NCBI GenBank assembly: GCA_977030845.1
Contig: OZ365114.1
Coordinates: 19,406,001 to 19,470,000 of the forward strand
Direction: 5' to 3'
Length of the DNA stretch: 64,000 nt
DNA from: Fimbriosthenelais zetlandica
Taxonomy: Eukaryota
Positions 36,801 to 48,390 of the stretch are shown piece by piece. The translations under genes and the position numbers were made by a program. The notes beneath the pieces are model-generated. The model was not told the origin of the DNA, did no database searches, and worked only from the letters and a program-made list of their open reading frames with translations. Position 1 is the first letter of the stretch. The number at the start of each line of letters is the position of its first letter.

Positions 36801-39800
36801 TAATTTATAGCTTTGTTGTCTTTCCCTTCGAAATAGATGGATGAAATCGTTCAGCAAAATATAGAAGGGAATGAGATCGTGTCCCTGTTGAAGTGGGTCG
36901 GTTCATACAAGTAAGTAGATCAGTGAGATTCTTCTAGCTTTCACATTTTTGGTTGACTTGATAAGATGAACCTATTACAGTGATATTTCCATCAGTGTTA
37001 TCTATGGTTAAAACAAATCATTTTTTCACCATTTCGTTTAATAAGTTTTAATTTTCATGATATCTAGATCGGATGATTTAATGGGTCACCCTGATCTGAA
37101 GATAGATACTGACGAGTTGAGCCCACTCTTAGACGAGAAAACCATCAACGATCTGCAGACTAAATACCTCCAGACCATGAGAGCTAACTTCCAGGATTGG
37201 ATGGGCAAGAGCCTGGAGTCCGACTTCAGGGTAAGTTTTTAAGTATTATTCTTACACGTTTAGGAGTTTTTTGTTTATATATTTCAAGTACATGTAATAA
37301 TAATGATAATGAATATCCGAGGTGATCTTTCTTTGAATAAATTATTCCTAGTCTAATTTTATCCTATTTTTTTATACTTTTATTTCCAGGACTGGCAGCA
37401 AGACAAGGAACCTGAGGCAGATGATAAGGGATTCTTTAACACCTCCCTGCCAGTTATAGTCTTCAATATGGTGGAGGAAAACGTGAGTTAATCTCTACCG
37501 TTATCTAGTATTTGAACAGAACATTGCAATTACATAATTGTACCTGGGTGATGAAAAAAGGATAGCTTATCTTAATTCGTGTTTATACCTCTCAATGTTC
37601 GACGTTTTTTACAGTTAAACGTGGCAGCCTTCATCAATGACGATCTCAAAATGACGGTCCTCTCTCTGTGTGTCGATGAGCTTTCTTTCTTCGCCAAGAC
37701 ATATAAACGTAAATATTTTATCAATCAAATTAATCCTTCATATATACTCTTAAAATTTTGTGAATTACTTTTTTAACCAAATTTAATATAAGGATTTTAA
37801 AGTATTCTATAATATTTTATATCTTCTTTAGAAATGCTGGCTATTTACAAAGAAAAGCACTTCCAGGATCGAAGTCAGCCTCAGTACTTCCTACATTACA
37901 TGGTAGGTACAACATATAACCTCTGGCCTACATTCTCCCTATAAGAATTAATACATTGGTACTTGATTTATAGTCTAAATTCTTCATGTTAAGGATGGTG
38001 GCCAGAAGTATTATTCAATTCAATTCTTTATTCCGGACTAGTACATCCATATACATACAGTGAGGTAACGAAGGTAATAGATATGTTATGATATTTTAAC
38101 ATTCCATTTCAGATCGCCAATATTAACAACTGTGGAACCTTCGCCGATTACATCTTAAAGATATGTACCAAGTACATGAATGACTCGCCAGGCAAGGAGG
38201 ATCCTGACCCAGAGAAGACGGAGCGTTTTAGAACCGTGTCTAATGCATTCCATCAAAGTGCGGGAGCTGGGTGAGTAGGCCCACTACAGGGTTACCTATA
38301 GTAATATCGCCTCCCCCACCCTAAAATATCTGCGGCCACATGGATAAAAGTATTATTAAAGTTAAAATTATTTTCCATTCATCCATGGTGTTGTGCTTTT
38401 ACACATCTTTTAAACATGTGTAATTTCCTTCAGATGTGACTATTTGCTGGAGGAAGTTTTCATGGATCTGGACATCCACATCCTAGAAATTCTAACAAAA
38501 AAATGGTATGTACCCACTAATTAGCAACTGGCTTTATGCTTATAATATCTAATGGTAAATGTGTAAATGTGTCATAATGGATAACCTTTTAATTATATAT
38601 ATTTCCACATGTTTTTCGGTGTAATTTTAAGTAATTTATATATTTCTAAATTATAGTTAGAGGATTAGGTCTATAATCCGTGGTAGATATCAATGGTTTT
38701 TTGTATGACTTTGTAGGATAATGGGTAGTAACGCTGTGGACACGATATGTATCACTTTGGAGGATTATTGCCGGGACTTCGTCCACTTAAAAGATCGGTA
38801 CTACGAGGCCCTGCTTACTAAATCTCAGCAGAAAGTCTGGTTAGAATACACCAAGGCTCTTCTTGGCAGGTCAGTCACGGCTCTCACCATAGAATAAGTA
38901 AATCTTCTCACATCATTTAGAACTACATGCACTGCGCATGAATAGAGAAATAAATGTATATTTTATTGATTGCAGGAAGATAGTATTCAGGAGCTATGAA
39001 GAGAGACGAAATGCAGCCGAGAAAATCTGTACAGAGGCTGAGCAACTGAAGAGACTGTTTGACAAACTTTCACCCAAAGCTCAGGTAAAGAAGGCTAAAT
39101 ACATGTTCTCATTAATCTGATTCTAACGTACAATAATCTAGAAAACATTTATCGCAGTTAACTTTAAATATAGATATCAGTCATTTTGGATCACGATTAA
39201 ACAAAAGTTTAAATTATCGTACTGATAATTTTCGTGGTTTTTATGATTTATTTCAGGGTGGAGACTCGCCATTTGATATATTTGCTACTCTGGTTGAAGT
39301 CATCAGTATGCAGGACACATCCATGATGTCATTGGAGCTATCTGTAAGTCTAGAATCCTCATTATCAAGTTTCAAGTAAAATAATTAAAAAATACCTTTT
39401 AATGATTGTTTTAGAAATCATTAGGCCTATCAAAGGCCGCCTCAGGCAGGAGTATCTCCAATTTAGTAAAATATCCAGATTGGATTTTCATTTGACAACA
39501 AATAAAATCTTGGTTTCGAGACACTAGAATTTTAATTTATAATTCTGTATTTCAGGGAATCGTGAAGAAACATCCGGATATCAGGGCGGAACATTTGGTG
39601 AATTTACTCATGTCCAGAGGCGACGTGGGCAGGAATGAGGCCAGACAGGTCAGTTAATTGTTCAGTCAATTGTTAAATACTTGTGTATGACGATTTTTCT
39701 AGACTTATATTAGTAATTGGTCTCGAAACGTTATTAAATATGTTTCAACACTTTGCCATACTGCGGTTATTTAACCTCAATTTCTTTTTATTCAGATGGT

Positions 39801-39873
39801 TGATGAATGCATCACAGAAGATGAATCGAGGTCCAAAGCAAGCGGTCTCTTCTCCCAAATCCCTACCACTTAA
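33885..39873 (+). CDS. EXOC3: Exocyst complex component 3 (Sec6), ~760 aa, 23 coding exons: 33885-33901, 34340-34457, 34558-34614, 34712-34824, 35132-35222, 35345-35451, 35599-35680, 35836-35984, 36114-36227, 36388-36493, 36593-36676, 36837-36910, 37068-37230, 37390-37482, 37615-37708, 37832-37902, 38113-38270, 38434-38505, 38717-38869, 38976-39084, 39257-39343, 39556-39648, 39796-39873. The conserved start may be ATG 34389
   Basis: MDLASLEAEARATAKKQVANLLQRPDQLEKVEQ...SVEAMLKTAVQSQLDGVRTGLNQL...VTVLRIIEREE...GFLPPGRPKRW...CFPPHYDI; frame continuous over 2283 nt. Confidence 0.96.
34861..34905 (-). mobile_element. 3' tail remnant of a CR1/L2-type LINE (AATAAA + GAATT-type repeats)
   Basis: Minus strand reads tgtacaagtccggAATAAAgacattgaattgaaattgaatt; a second copy lies at 38011-38046. 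Confidence 0.55.
38011..38046 (-). mobile_element. Second LINE 3' tail remnant of the same family
   Basis: Shares ttcaattcaat..ctttattccggact.gtacat with 34861-34905. Confidence 0.55.
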
Positions 39874-40209
39874 GCTCTAGCTTTTGTTCCCTAGCTAAGA
39901 CCTTTTCACGCTTCATTTTAATGATGGGGCACGAAGTCAAGTGATGCTTGTGCAATTATTATGATTATACCTGTGTATTTATTCCTTCGGTTCTATATAC
40001 AATTAAATGAGTAATATTAAGTCATAACTCATTCATATTTTGATGGTTTAGCATTGTCCATTTATTCAGTTATATATCCTAAAATATTCTATACATCAAG
40101 GGGATTTGAGCCAGTGTAAAAAGTGAGAACTGTCGTGATAGGATGACTTGATTGGCCAGTGTGATAAAGATGAGGGTGAAGTAAATTGATGAGAGGTTTC
40201 CTGGACTTC

Positions 40210-41382
40210 CTATCGACCGTCAAAGACAACCACTGTATAAGGTTAAGGTTCAAATCTGACAAAATATTTGCTGGATTTAGGAACGTGTATGCCAATAGAA
40301 TTTTTTTAAAGGCCAATAGAAACATTAATGTCAGTGCAAGGGGTTCAATGGGCTTTCTTAGCGTTTAGGAGTTATAAGAATTATAAATGACCAGGTGCAA
40401 ATAGAGTATTGTCTTCATCCTATATGGTTTAAGGATTTTGAGATGATAGATTTCTGATAATGTATTTGAAAGTATTGAATGAATCTTGTTTGTAAGGATA
40501 CTCCTCTTGGTTCTCTTTTTGTACATGATTCTATAACCACACTCCCGACATCTGATTGGGTCTCGGGCCTTTATCTCATTTTCATGGTGGCAGTCTGCAA
40601 TGAAAAGAATGAAAGAAATTAATTATCCGAGTGCTGAATCCTAATGCAAACAGGACAAACAACGGGAAAACTTCCTGCTCATGGTTAACTGAAGCTTGAT
40701 AATAGAATTAGTGAGGACTTCTTCTCCCATGTAGGTCTCAGTATGGGTGCTGATTATGACTGGACAAGTCTCTATTAGTGCTAAATGTACTGTAGTTACC
40801 TATTGTCCCGGCATCATTAGCATCAATAAATCGCTGATTAATAATTGTATGTATGATGCTGAGCCACCAAAGTGAACGCATCGTCATATCTCAGCTGGTG
40901 GTCTTGACATTTGATGAAACAAGCCAAACAGTGAGCTTAGGGTACCTGTAGGGCGTCTTGCATGTGTTTTCATAATAATTAACTCCACCTAATGCATCAC
41001 CGGTCCCTAAAGGCGAGCCTTGTTTGCTACGGAAGCCTTTGATGAATCCAAGCTGATACAAAGCTGAATTGCCCCGATGGGTACAATTTCACAGTGTGAT
41101 CAGACCTGGTCTTCCCATGGAAAATTGCCCGCTTCATTGTGTACAGTTGGGAGCATTTATAGCAACCATATATGAACCCTGTAATTTTATTACAATAGAC
41201 TGGTTGATTGGTCTAGAATTACAAATCAACGGTTTCAATTACTAAAATGTAGCATGTAAATCAAAGTAATGTAAAAATGTGAGTAAAATATTATATACGC
41301 TGAGCAACTTACCACCGCATATGTAGATCATGATCTGCTGCTTTGGCACTACGCCGTCCTTTTCTCTTGATGGTGTGTCCAT
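40210..41382 (-). CDS. POLR2K: RNA polymerases I/II/III shared subunit RPABC4/RPB12, 61 aa. Exons (minus) 41313-41382, 40502-40594, 40210-40232; probable non-coding first exon ending at 42413
   Basis: [61 protein letters not shown], with the RPB12 zinc ribbon. Missing from the ORF track because the exons are short. Confidence 0.98.
40233..40501 (-). other. U12-type GT-AG intron of POLR2K
   Basis: Donor GTATCCTT (40501-40494), branch CCTTAAC (40248-40242), acceptor CAG about 9 nt later. Confidence 0.95.
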
Positions 41383-42412
41383 CTAAAAAAACAAAAAGGC
41401 GGGAATGAGTACCACCTAGACGTTATGTATTTCAGTCTAGTCAATAGTTAATGTCAGTTAGGTTTATGCTAGAATTATTGGCATTGTTCTTAGAATCCTA
41501 TTTAGCAGTTAGATGGGTGTCTAAAGCCTTTTTCGCCAATTTTCACCTGCCTCTAAGGCATCTGTTAATCCATGTATAATTTTCAATGTCGAGCATGTCT
41601 CTGTTGGAATTGCCTGCCAAGCTAAGCATAAGACATCACAACGAAGAAGACAATTGACGCGACACGAGTCACACCTGCAGCAGCTAAGCTGACGGAAAGT
41701 ATTTGACACTTGGAGATCTCATTTCAACCATCATTTGGTCTTCCCACCTAAAATGCCAGACCCCCCAATTTCGCTTCAATTTCAGCTAGCTGGTAATAGC
41801 AGAAAAGAGCGCGTGTCTATGACTAAGCTCTAAAATACTGAAAACCAATTCTCGGCTTCAACTACAGTACTTCAAGTTCAAACATCTTCTCATTATTATG
41901 TAACACTAGAAGTCGTCGATATATTTAGTTCACATTGAATATGATTGTTTTAAAAATATACCTATGTCTGATACTACAAAAAAAAAGACATTTTTAGATA
42001 ATATTTATCAGGAATGTAGGCTAAAATCCAAAATTATTTAGCCAGGCCTAGGCTAGCCCAGGTTAGGTGCATCTAGGCCCTACAGTATTTAGAAGTCTAC
42101 AATATACTCTAAATTTTGTAAAATTCAATAAGGAAAAAGCAGGTCAGTTGATTGCATAACTTAAATTTAAATTTCGTCATAGCCTATGGCGTATGTCATA
42201 GGCCGACCCCCTCCCGGGGTGATCACCGGCCTTGAGTAGCCCTAATCCCGGCAACTGACTCGACACTGGCTAGTGTCAATTTATCTCCCTATATTTTGGG
42301 AATACAATTACAAATTGGCGAATAAATTACAACTATACATGTGACCCAGATACTTACACATACAATGCTACACCTTAAGTTACAAAATGGCAGGGAAAAC
42401 CTCAGAATATAC

Positions 42413-42729
42413 CTTAAAATCTTGATAAATCGTGAACACGTCTGTGAGCGATGATAGAGGATTCAGTGAGACCGGAAGTGCGGGTAGTGAGTCTCGTACA
42501 GATCTCGCGGATCTTACGTCAGTCAGTTCTCGGCCTCTGATTGGCCAGTGCCTGTGAGTACGCCAATTTCGAACCAGAACCTCGCTCGCGGTATATGGTG
42601 GCAGGTTTACTTATCGCTACTTTATTCCAATTTTTCCTTGCACACGCACGGACTACTTGATAATCGGAAAAAATAATTACACACATCTCTAGAGGAGACG
42701 TTTGATGACAAATATCAATTGTTTTGAAG
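42413..42729. promoter_or_regulatory. Bidirectional promoter POLR2K(-)/Emi(+)
   Basis: CpG-rich; ETS ACCGGAAGTG at 42471-42480; CCAAT boxes at 42540-42544 and 42563-42567; CHR-like TTCGAA at 42568-42573; opposing donors at 42413 (minus) and 42729 (plus). Confidence 0.65.
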
Positions 42730-43194
42730 GTGAGCCAAGACTTATTTTGCCGTGTTCTGGAAAAAAAATCTGAAGGTATCGGATCGGGTGGTTTTAAATA
42801 GATCCTGGTTTACCAACCGATGCAGCTGACTGTGGAATGACTCACCTATGCACGCTGCTTGAACGCGCGATGCATTATTTTAAATCTAAATTTCGGGAAA
42901 ATAGACAATGTTTAAGGTAATATTGTTATATTTTGGGCTTAACATGTTTGCATTTCATTGGATTGCTGCATATTTCTGGAAAACAACATCGTTGCCGCGG
43001 GTGTCTCCCCATGACAAATGGGCGGGGACGCCTCCCCCTTCACTTCAGTAACATTTTCAACTTTTAGTTTTTATTCCACACACTCCTCTAATAAAAACGT
43101 ATAAAACCGCTGGATGGGTCGAATCTACGGTGCAAAGTTTGTTTTTGGCAACTTATAAAGGAAAATTAAGACATTTGTCATATTTGAATGATCG

Positions 43195-43420
43195 GCGAAT
43201 TTGAAGTTTGAAAGGTGGCGGAGTTCCCGCGGGCGGGCTGGGTTGAGCGTGGTTTGTGTGCCGGCCAATGGCAAGGCTAGGCGGCCAAACCCATGCCGGG
43301 CTGGCGGGATACACTGTTTACACCTCAAGCTCTCATCTTTGTGAGGCCTGCACCCATCAAATCTCAATATTTAAGGGCTATATTTGATTTTCATCACATA
43401 TTCAACATGCCTTGGTTCAG
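43195..43420 (+). promoter_or_regulatory. Second Emi promoter and first exon with CHR, E2F and NF-Y motifs
   Basis: TTTGAA at 43200-43205 and 43207-43212, TTCCCGCG at 43224-43231, CCAAT at 43265-43269, donor CAG|GTAAAG at 43420/43421. Confidence 0.6.
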
Positions 43421-44069
43421 GTAAAGCTATTGCTTGCTATTTGTCAAACTTTTCATGGTTTGATTGGGATATATGATAAGACTGGCTTATCATTTATAGG
43501 CCTAGTTAGGGCACAGACACTGGTTGCATTTTGATGGGTGGACATTGGAGTGCCTGGTTTGTGGTTGTGTAGGCCAATTGCCAACTATTGGAATGTTGAT
43601 TTTTTATCTATCTAGTCTCTAAATTGTTTTTTATCGGGTAGTTATCACTGTATCAAGAATAAGGCGTTTTTAGTCATTTTCACATTCATAAGGCCTATCT
43701 TATTTAAAAATCTTAAAATTTAGAGTACAGATTTTAAATAATATTTTGATTAGTAGGATGACACGACACCAAAGCTTTTAATTTGTTGGAGCAATTGAAT
43801 CTTTGGCTTTGCCAGTACTAGGCCTATTATAATTAAAGACCATCTCTTTTCTAATAGCAATTGATTAGTACACTGGATTAGTAGCATTTAGGCTTGTAGG
43901 CCTAAGTACTCTCCTAATGTTTTAACTTCAGTCTTAACTTTTATTTCCCATTACTAATATTTTGATTAACATTCTGTGCCCTAATTTCACTTAAGTTTAG
44001 CTATACATCATTTGATAGAACAAAGCTCTAACTTATTTTACTTCACTTTTCAGGAAAAAGAAGTACATC

Positions 44070-46073
44070 ATGACTGAGTATAAGTTACCCCCTTCTCTAC
44101 CCATGGATCTGGATGTGAGCCTGGACGAGGGAGACCTATTCCTCGACACAACCCAGTCTCATCCTCCCATCGCAAACACGGCCAACTACCTTGATGTGGA
44201 CTTCAAGGAACTCCACAACCGGTCAGAGAGTACCAGCACCCCGTTTGTTCCACGGTCTCTAGGCATGAAGAGATCCAGTGATTCCTCAGCTCTCATGCAC
44301 CATAGTGAAAACGACTCTGGCTATTGTGCTGAGACTAGTGTGTTCTCCTCCTGCCTTGGAAACAGCATCATGTCTTCTACAGTTCACACCCCAGCCACCA
44401 CTTCATTCATTCCCATCAAAAACAACAGAGACAGTGCCTTCATGATCCCCCGTCTCAATGTTGAAGCCCTCAGTGATTCTAGATCTGATATTGACTCTGC
44501 CTTTGATGAGGACTCTTCTATATGCTCCACAAACAGTAGTAACACCTTCTCAGACAGTCTGTCCACCACACCAGATTCCAATACCATGGATGTGGTCTTC
44601 CAGGCATTGGACCTTAATTCTTCTAGTGGGTTCTGCTCAGAGAACTCGTCCAGATACTCCTCCCATGACGACCTCAGTAATATAGACCTCCAAGACCAAC
44701 ACATGTCCTCAGAGTCTGAATCTTCCCGAGAATCTCAGGTGTCGGTAGTGGAAGTGAGCTGTGTAAAACTTGAGAAGATCCTTCCACATTTCTCACGGAC
44801 TTTAGTGGACAAGTTGATAGGGAGGAAGATGGGTGTAGAGCATGTAGACATCGTAGCTGAACTTTGTGAGAGGAATATGACATCCTGTCTCACACTGATT
44901 TTAGGATACCTCCCTTCTGAAGATCTTAACAGGTGTGTACCTTACTCTTGGGTGTACTTATTTTTAAAAAAAAAAATAAAAAAAAATATATATAACAGGG
45001 GTCGAAATAGCCGATGGCCCGGTGGCCAGAGGCCATACGATTTTAAGATTGGCCATTTGATTATGATATTTATCCGACCAAATGGCCCGGTTGCCATTTA
45101 AAAATTCGGATAATTATCATAGATCGCACTTTTTCGGCTTATTTGATTTTGACAATGGCCATTTGGTTTGGAGATCAAATGGCCCGATGGCCATGTGAAA
45201 ATTCTCTTATTTCGACCCCTGTATAAAATAAAAATAGCCTTTACAAAGCCCTAGAAAAATGATAATTTATAGATCAAAGAACGTGTGCTTTAATTAGATT
45301 GAAAAACATTGTGCGGTCAGACTATGTCCTTGTGTATATATTAAACCCTGTATTATTTGCCTTCCAGAATGAGCGCGGTTTCTCAAAGCTGGCGGTCTGC
45401 AGTGCTGGACGATCCCACTTCTCGATCCCGGAGACTGTCTTATTTAAAATCTTGTCATACGCCTGTACAAAAGGTAGGTTAAACATTAGATATTAAACAA
45501 CTATACATTGGATTTGTATCGATTTGTAGTCCTAATTTTAAATTAAATTTTTATTATTGTGACTGGTGACAAATTATCTTTCTCCAAGTTCTAAATGCTA
45601 ATAGTCGTCCCTCTCTGATGTTTTATTAATTTACTCATGACTTTTTCATTTTGTGTTTTTAGGAAAACCGATTGATTCCTGGCAAAAAAACCTGTGGTCG
45701 TCCTACGAGGGGCCTGGTAGATAGGAAGTCGGAGCCCTTATCCCGCATTCAGCGGTCCACACCCCCCATCCTCGTCACCCCAGAGTCATCCTGCAGTAAA
45801 TATCACCAGTTCCAGGAGGAAGCCTCCAAACTTCACAATGATGAGAGTCTGAGGAAGTGTCCACACTGTACTCACCCAGCCAAAGCTCATACTGTACAGG
45901 AGCGCGCTGTCTGCAGCAACACCCAATGTGCCTTCGACTTCTGCATCAAATGTCTAAGTCCCTACCACGGCTCCAAAGACTGTTGCTTCCATTCTCAAAC
46001 TTCCAACAAAAAACAAAAGACTGATGTCAAAATTGGCAGTAGAAAGAGCAAAAGGAACTTACGGAGACTATGA
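44070..46073 (+). CDS. FBXO43: Emi1/Emi2 (FBXO5/FBXO43, Rca1)-family APC/C inhibitor, ~459 aa. Exons 44070-44932, 45368-45473, 45663-46073
   Basis: Ser-rich N-terminus with DSGYC and DSAF motifs; F-box (VDIVAELCERNM...LILGYLPSEDLNRMSAVSQSW); ZBR (CPHC...C...CAFDFCIKCLSPYH); RL tail SKRNLRRL*. FBXO5 versus FBXO43 cannot be resolved. Confidence 0.93.
44996..45221. mobile_element. 226-bp MITE with 14-bp perfect TIRs (CAGGGGTCGAAATA) in an Emi intron
   Basis: TIRs at 44996-45009 and 45208-45221; several subterminal ATGGCC repeats; no clean TSD (AA before, TA after). Confidence 0.85.
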
Positions 46074-47309
46074 CAAAACACATGTTCTTTTATATGACTT
46101 TATCTCGTTGTGTTGCTGTCCCAAGTGCTGTGATGAACTCTTGACTAGGGTCGGGATGGGAATTTTAAAATTTATTTCTTAACTTGTTTTATGCCTTGGA
46201 TAAGGGATCAAATGAATGATGAAACCTAATCCAGAAGTTTGCTAACTCATCTAGGCAGGTCCTGGTGCTATTGCCCTTAAATGTGTTCACTTTAATTGTA
46301 AAATGCAAATGTCAGTATTAGCTATCCTGAAATAAATTATTCAGTCAGTCAGTTTTCAAATGTCGGTTTGAAGAGAAATATGAATTGATTTTATTACTGG
46401 TGAAGATGAATGCTACTTCTTATCGACTTGTCTTACTATAATATTTGTCTGAAGATATAAACGGAACCTACAAACATTAATCATTGAAGAAGAACAATCC
46501 TGCTATACCCATGCTGCATTTAATGACTAGATGTCCTTTGAAGCTGGGGAATGTCTGCATTCCTATGATCCATGAGTTTAAATTTGTTATTGGTAGAGGT
46601 GCAGGTATTCACCTGTTATATTTTGTAAGCCTGTTTTATATATTTCATCAATTATGTTCCCAAAATGTGTTCATAACTTTTGTGTATGAGGATGCTTGCC
46701 TGTGTTAGACTTTTAGTTCAGTGGGATAATCCAAAATATGCTGGTGCGGATACGATCACTGATTCGATATTTATTTCTCAGGAAGCAATAAAGTGAATAT
46801 AAAAAATGTGGAATTTATTGTGTTATCTATGATATTAAGACAAGGTAAATTTCGGAAATGCTAATAGGGGTAGGATTTCTGCAAGGAAACGGGAAAAAAA
46901 ACCCCAAAAGACGTGAGCCCTGCCCCATCCCCACACCACAAGCCTCGCCTCTATCGTCTACCTGCCTAGTAGTTCAAGTTTCCGCCGCTGCACGTCGGGG
47001 TCACCACATTCCCGCTTGACACCTATTTCCATTGACTCAGTGGTCAGAGGGCCTGAAGAGGCCATTGACGGGAGGTTTTATTTCCCATACTTATCTCGCT
47101 TAGATATATATCCAAGTTTAGATATTATATATCCTGCATTGGGGCTTCTCTGCCACACCCCTTCAGTGCCCCTCAATCTGGCTCTGCGAACCTCCCGCCC
47201 GTGGCCTCTTCAAGCCCTCTGACCACTGAAGCGTTGAAAATGTTGAGGCTATTTCTGGCCATTTTTCTTTCCAACTTTACCTCCTCCCATAATCCTTTGC
47301 AGCTCGATT

Positions 47310-48135
47310 TCTAGAAAGTCGAATATCTCCGCAATAAAGGGGGTTAAAAATACAAACTAAACGGATTATTCTTAGTTGGGAAGTATTCTAAACAGTGATC
47401 ACGTTTTTGAAGCGAGAAAGTTGATTTAAAATTTCGGATTTTGAAAATGGATTGAATTTCATCAAATAGCTTTGGAGTCAATGGAAGGAGGCGCCTGAGC
47501 GCCAGTGGCGACCCGAGATGTCCTAGCGGCGAAAACGTGAACTACTATGCGCCAGCCAGCATAGCCTGAATGAAAGTGAAGGAACGGCCAGCAAGGTATA
47601 TGCCTTGTGATATGTAGGCCTATGTGAAATAGTGAAGGAACGCCTAGCAAGGGTATATAGGCCTTGTGATATATTAAACAAACTGGGAACCATTGCCTAA
47701 ACTATTTACTGTAGATGCAATCCCATGAATGTTAATGTAGAGGCCTATGCTATGCGTTCCTTCACTATTTAGCACAAATTTTGACTGACATATCTCCTCC
47801 CTCCATCACCCGCTCAGCGTTGGCTAGATCTGTCCCAGTGAGGCGAGGCCTGGTTTGTCATACACTATCGGCTAGCTTGATCATAGTAGCGTAGTTCACC
47901 TTTAGGCCGCTGCATGTCTCGGGTCGCTTCAGTCGCGCTGGCATGCTCCCTCCATAGAATCCAATGCTAAGACCTGAAATTGAGAACATTTTGAAAAATC
48001 GAAATTTTAAATTAATTTTAGTTGCACAAAAACCACATAGATACCTGGAGGTGCTTCCAACTAAGAATAATCCGTTTGAATTGTAATTTTAGACCAATTA
48101 TTTACGGAGTTATTAAACTTTTTCGACTTTTAGTG
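47310..48135. mobile_element. Long-inverted-repeat (foldback-like) non-autonomous DNA element
   Basis: Collinear inverted anchors: 21-bp perfect 47359-47379/48057-48077 and GCGACCCGAGA 47508-47518/47917-47927. A related third copy lies at ~46965-47040. Confidence 0.7.
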
Positions 48136-48390
48136 AGAGGGCACTTTTAAGGTTTTGAAAAGGCCAAATTATAGGCCAGTATACACACGGCCGAATTGTC
48201 AACTTCGCAGAAATCGGGCTTTTCCTCCTTTTTTCTCTCCGCTCTTTTTGGGTTCATCAGTAGAGGTCATATTATGTTATGCATAACCGTGGAATTGAGT
48301 GAATATAATATGTATTAGGTAGACAAAAAGCCGATTGGAGTGGACTGACCAACCGGCTCAGTAGCACACATCCATGTAATCGTGAGTGAT

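Noticed and set aside
40735-40825. Possible C/D box snoRNA on the minus strand in a POLR2K intron (ATGATGC...CTGA)
   Set aside because: Imperfect C box, no terminal stem, no recognised rRNA antisense element.
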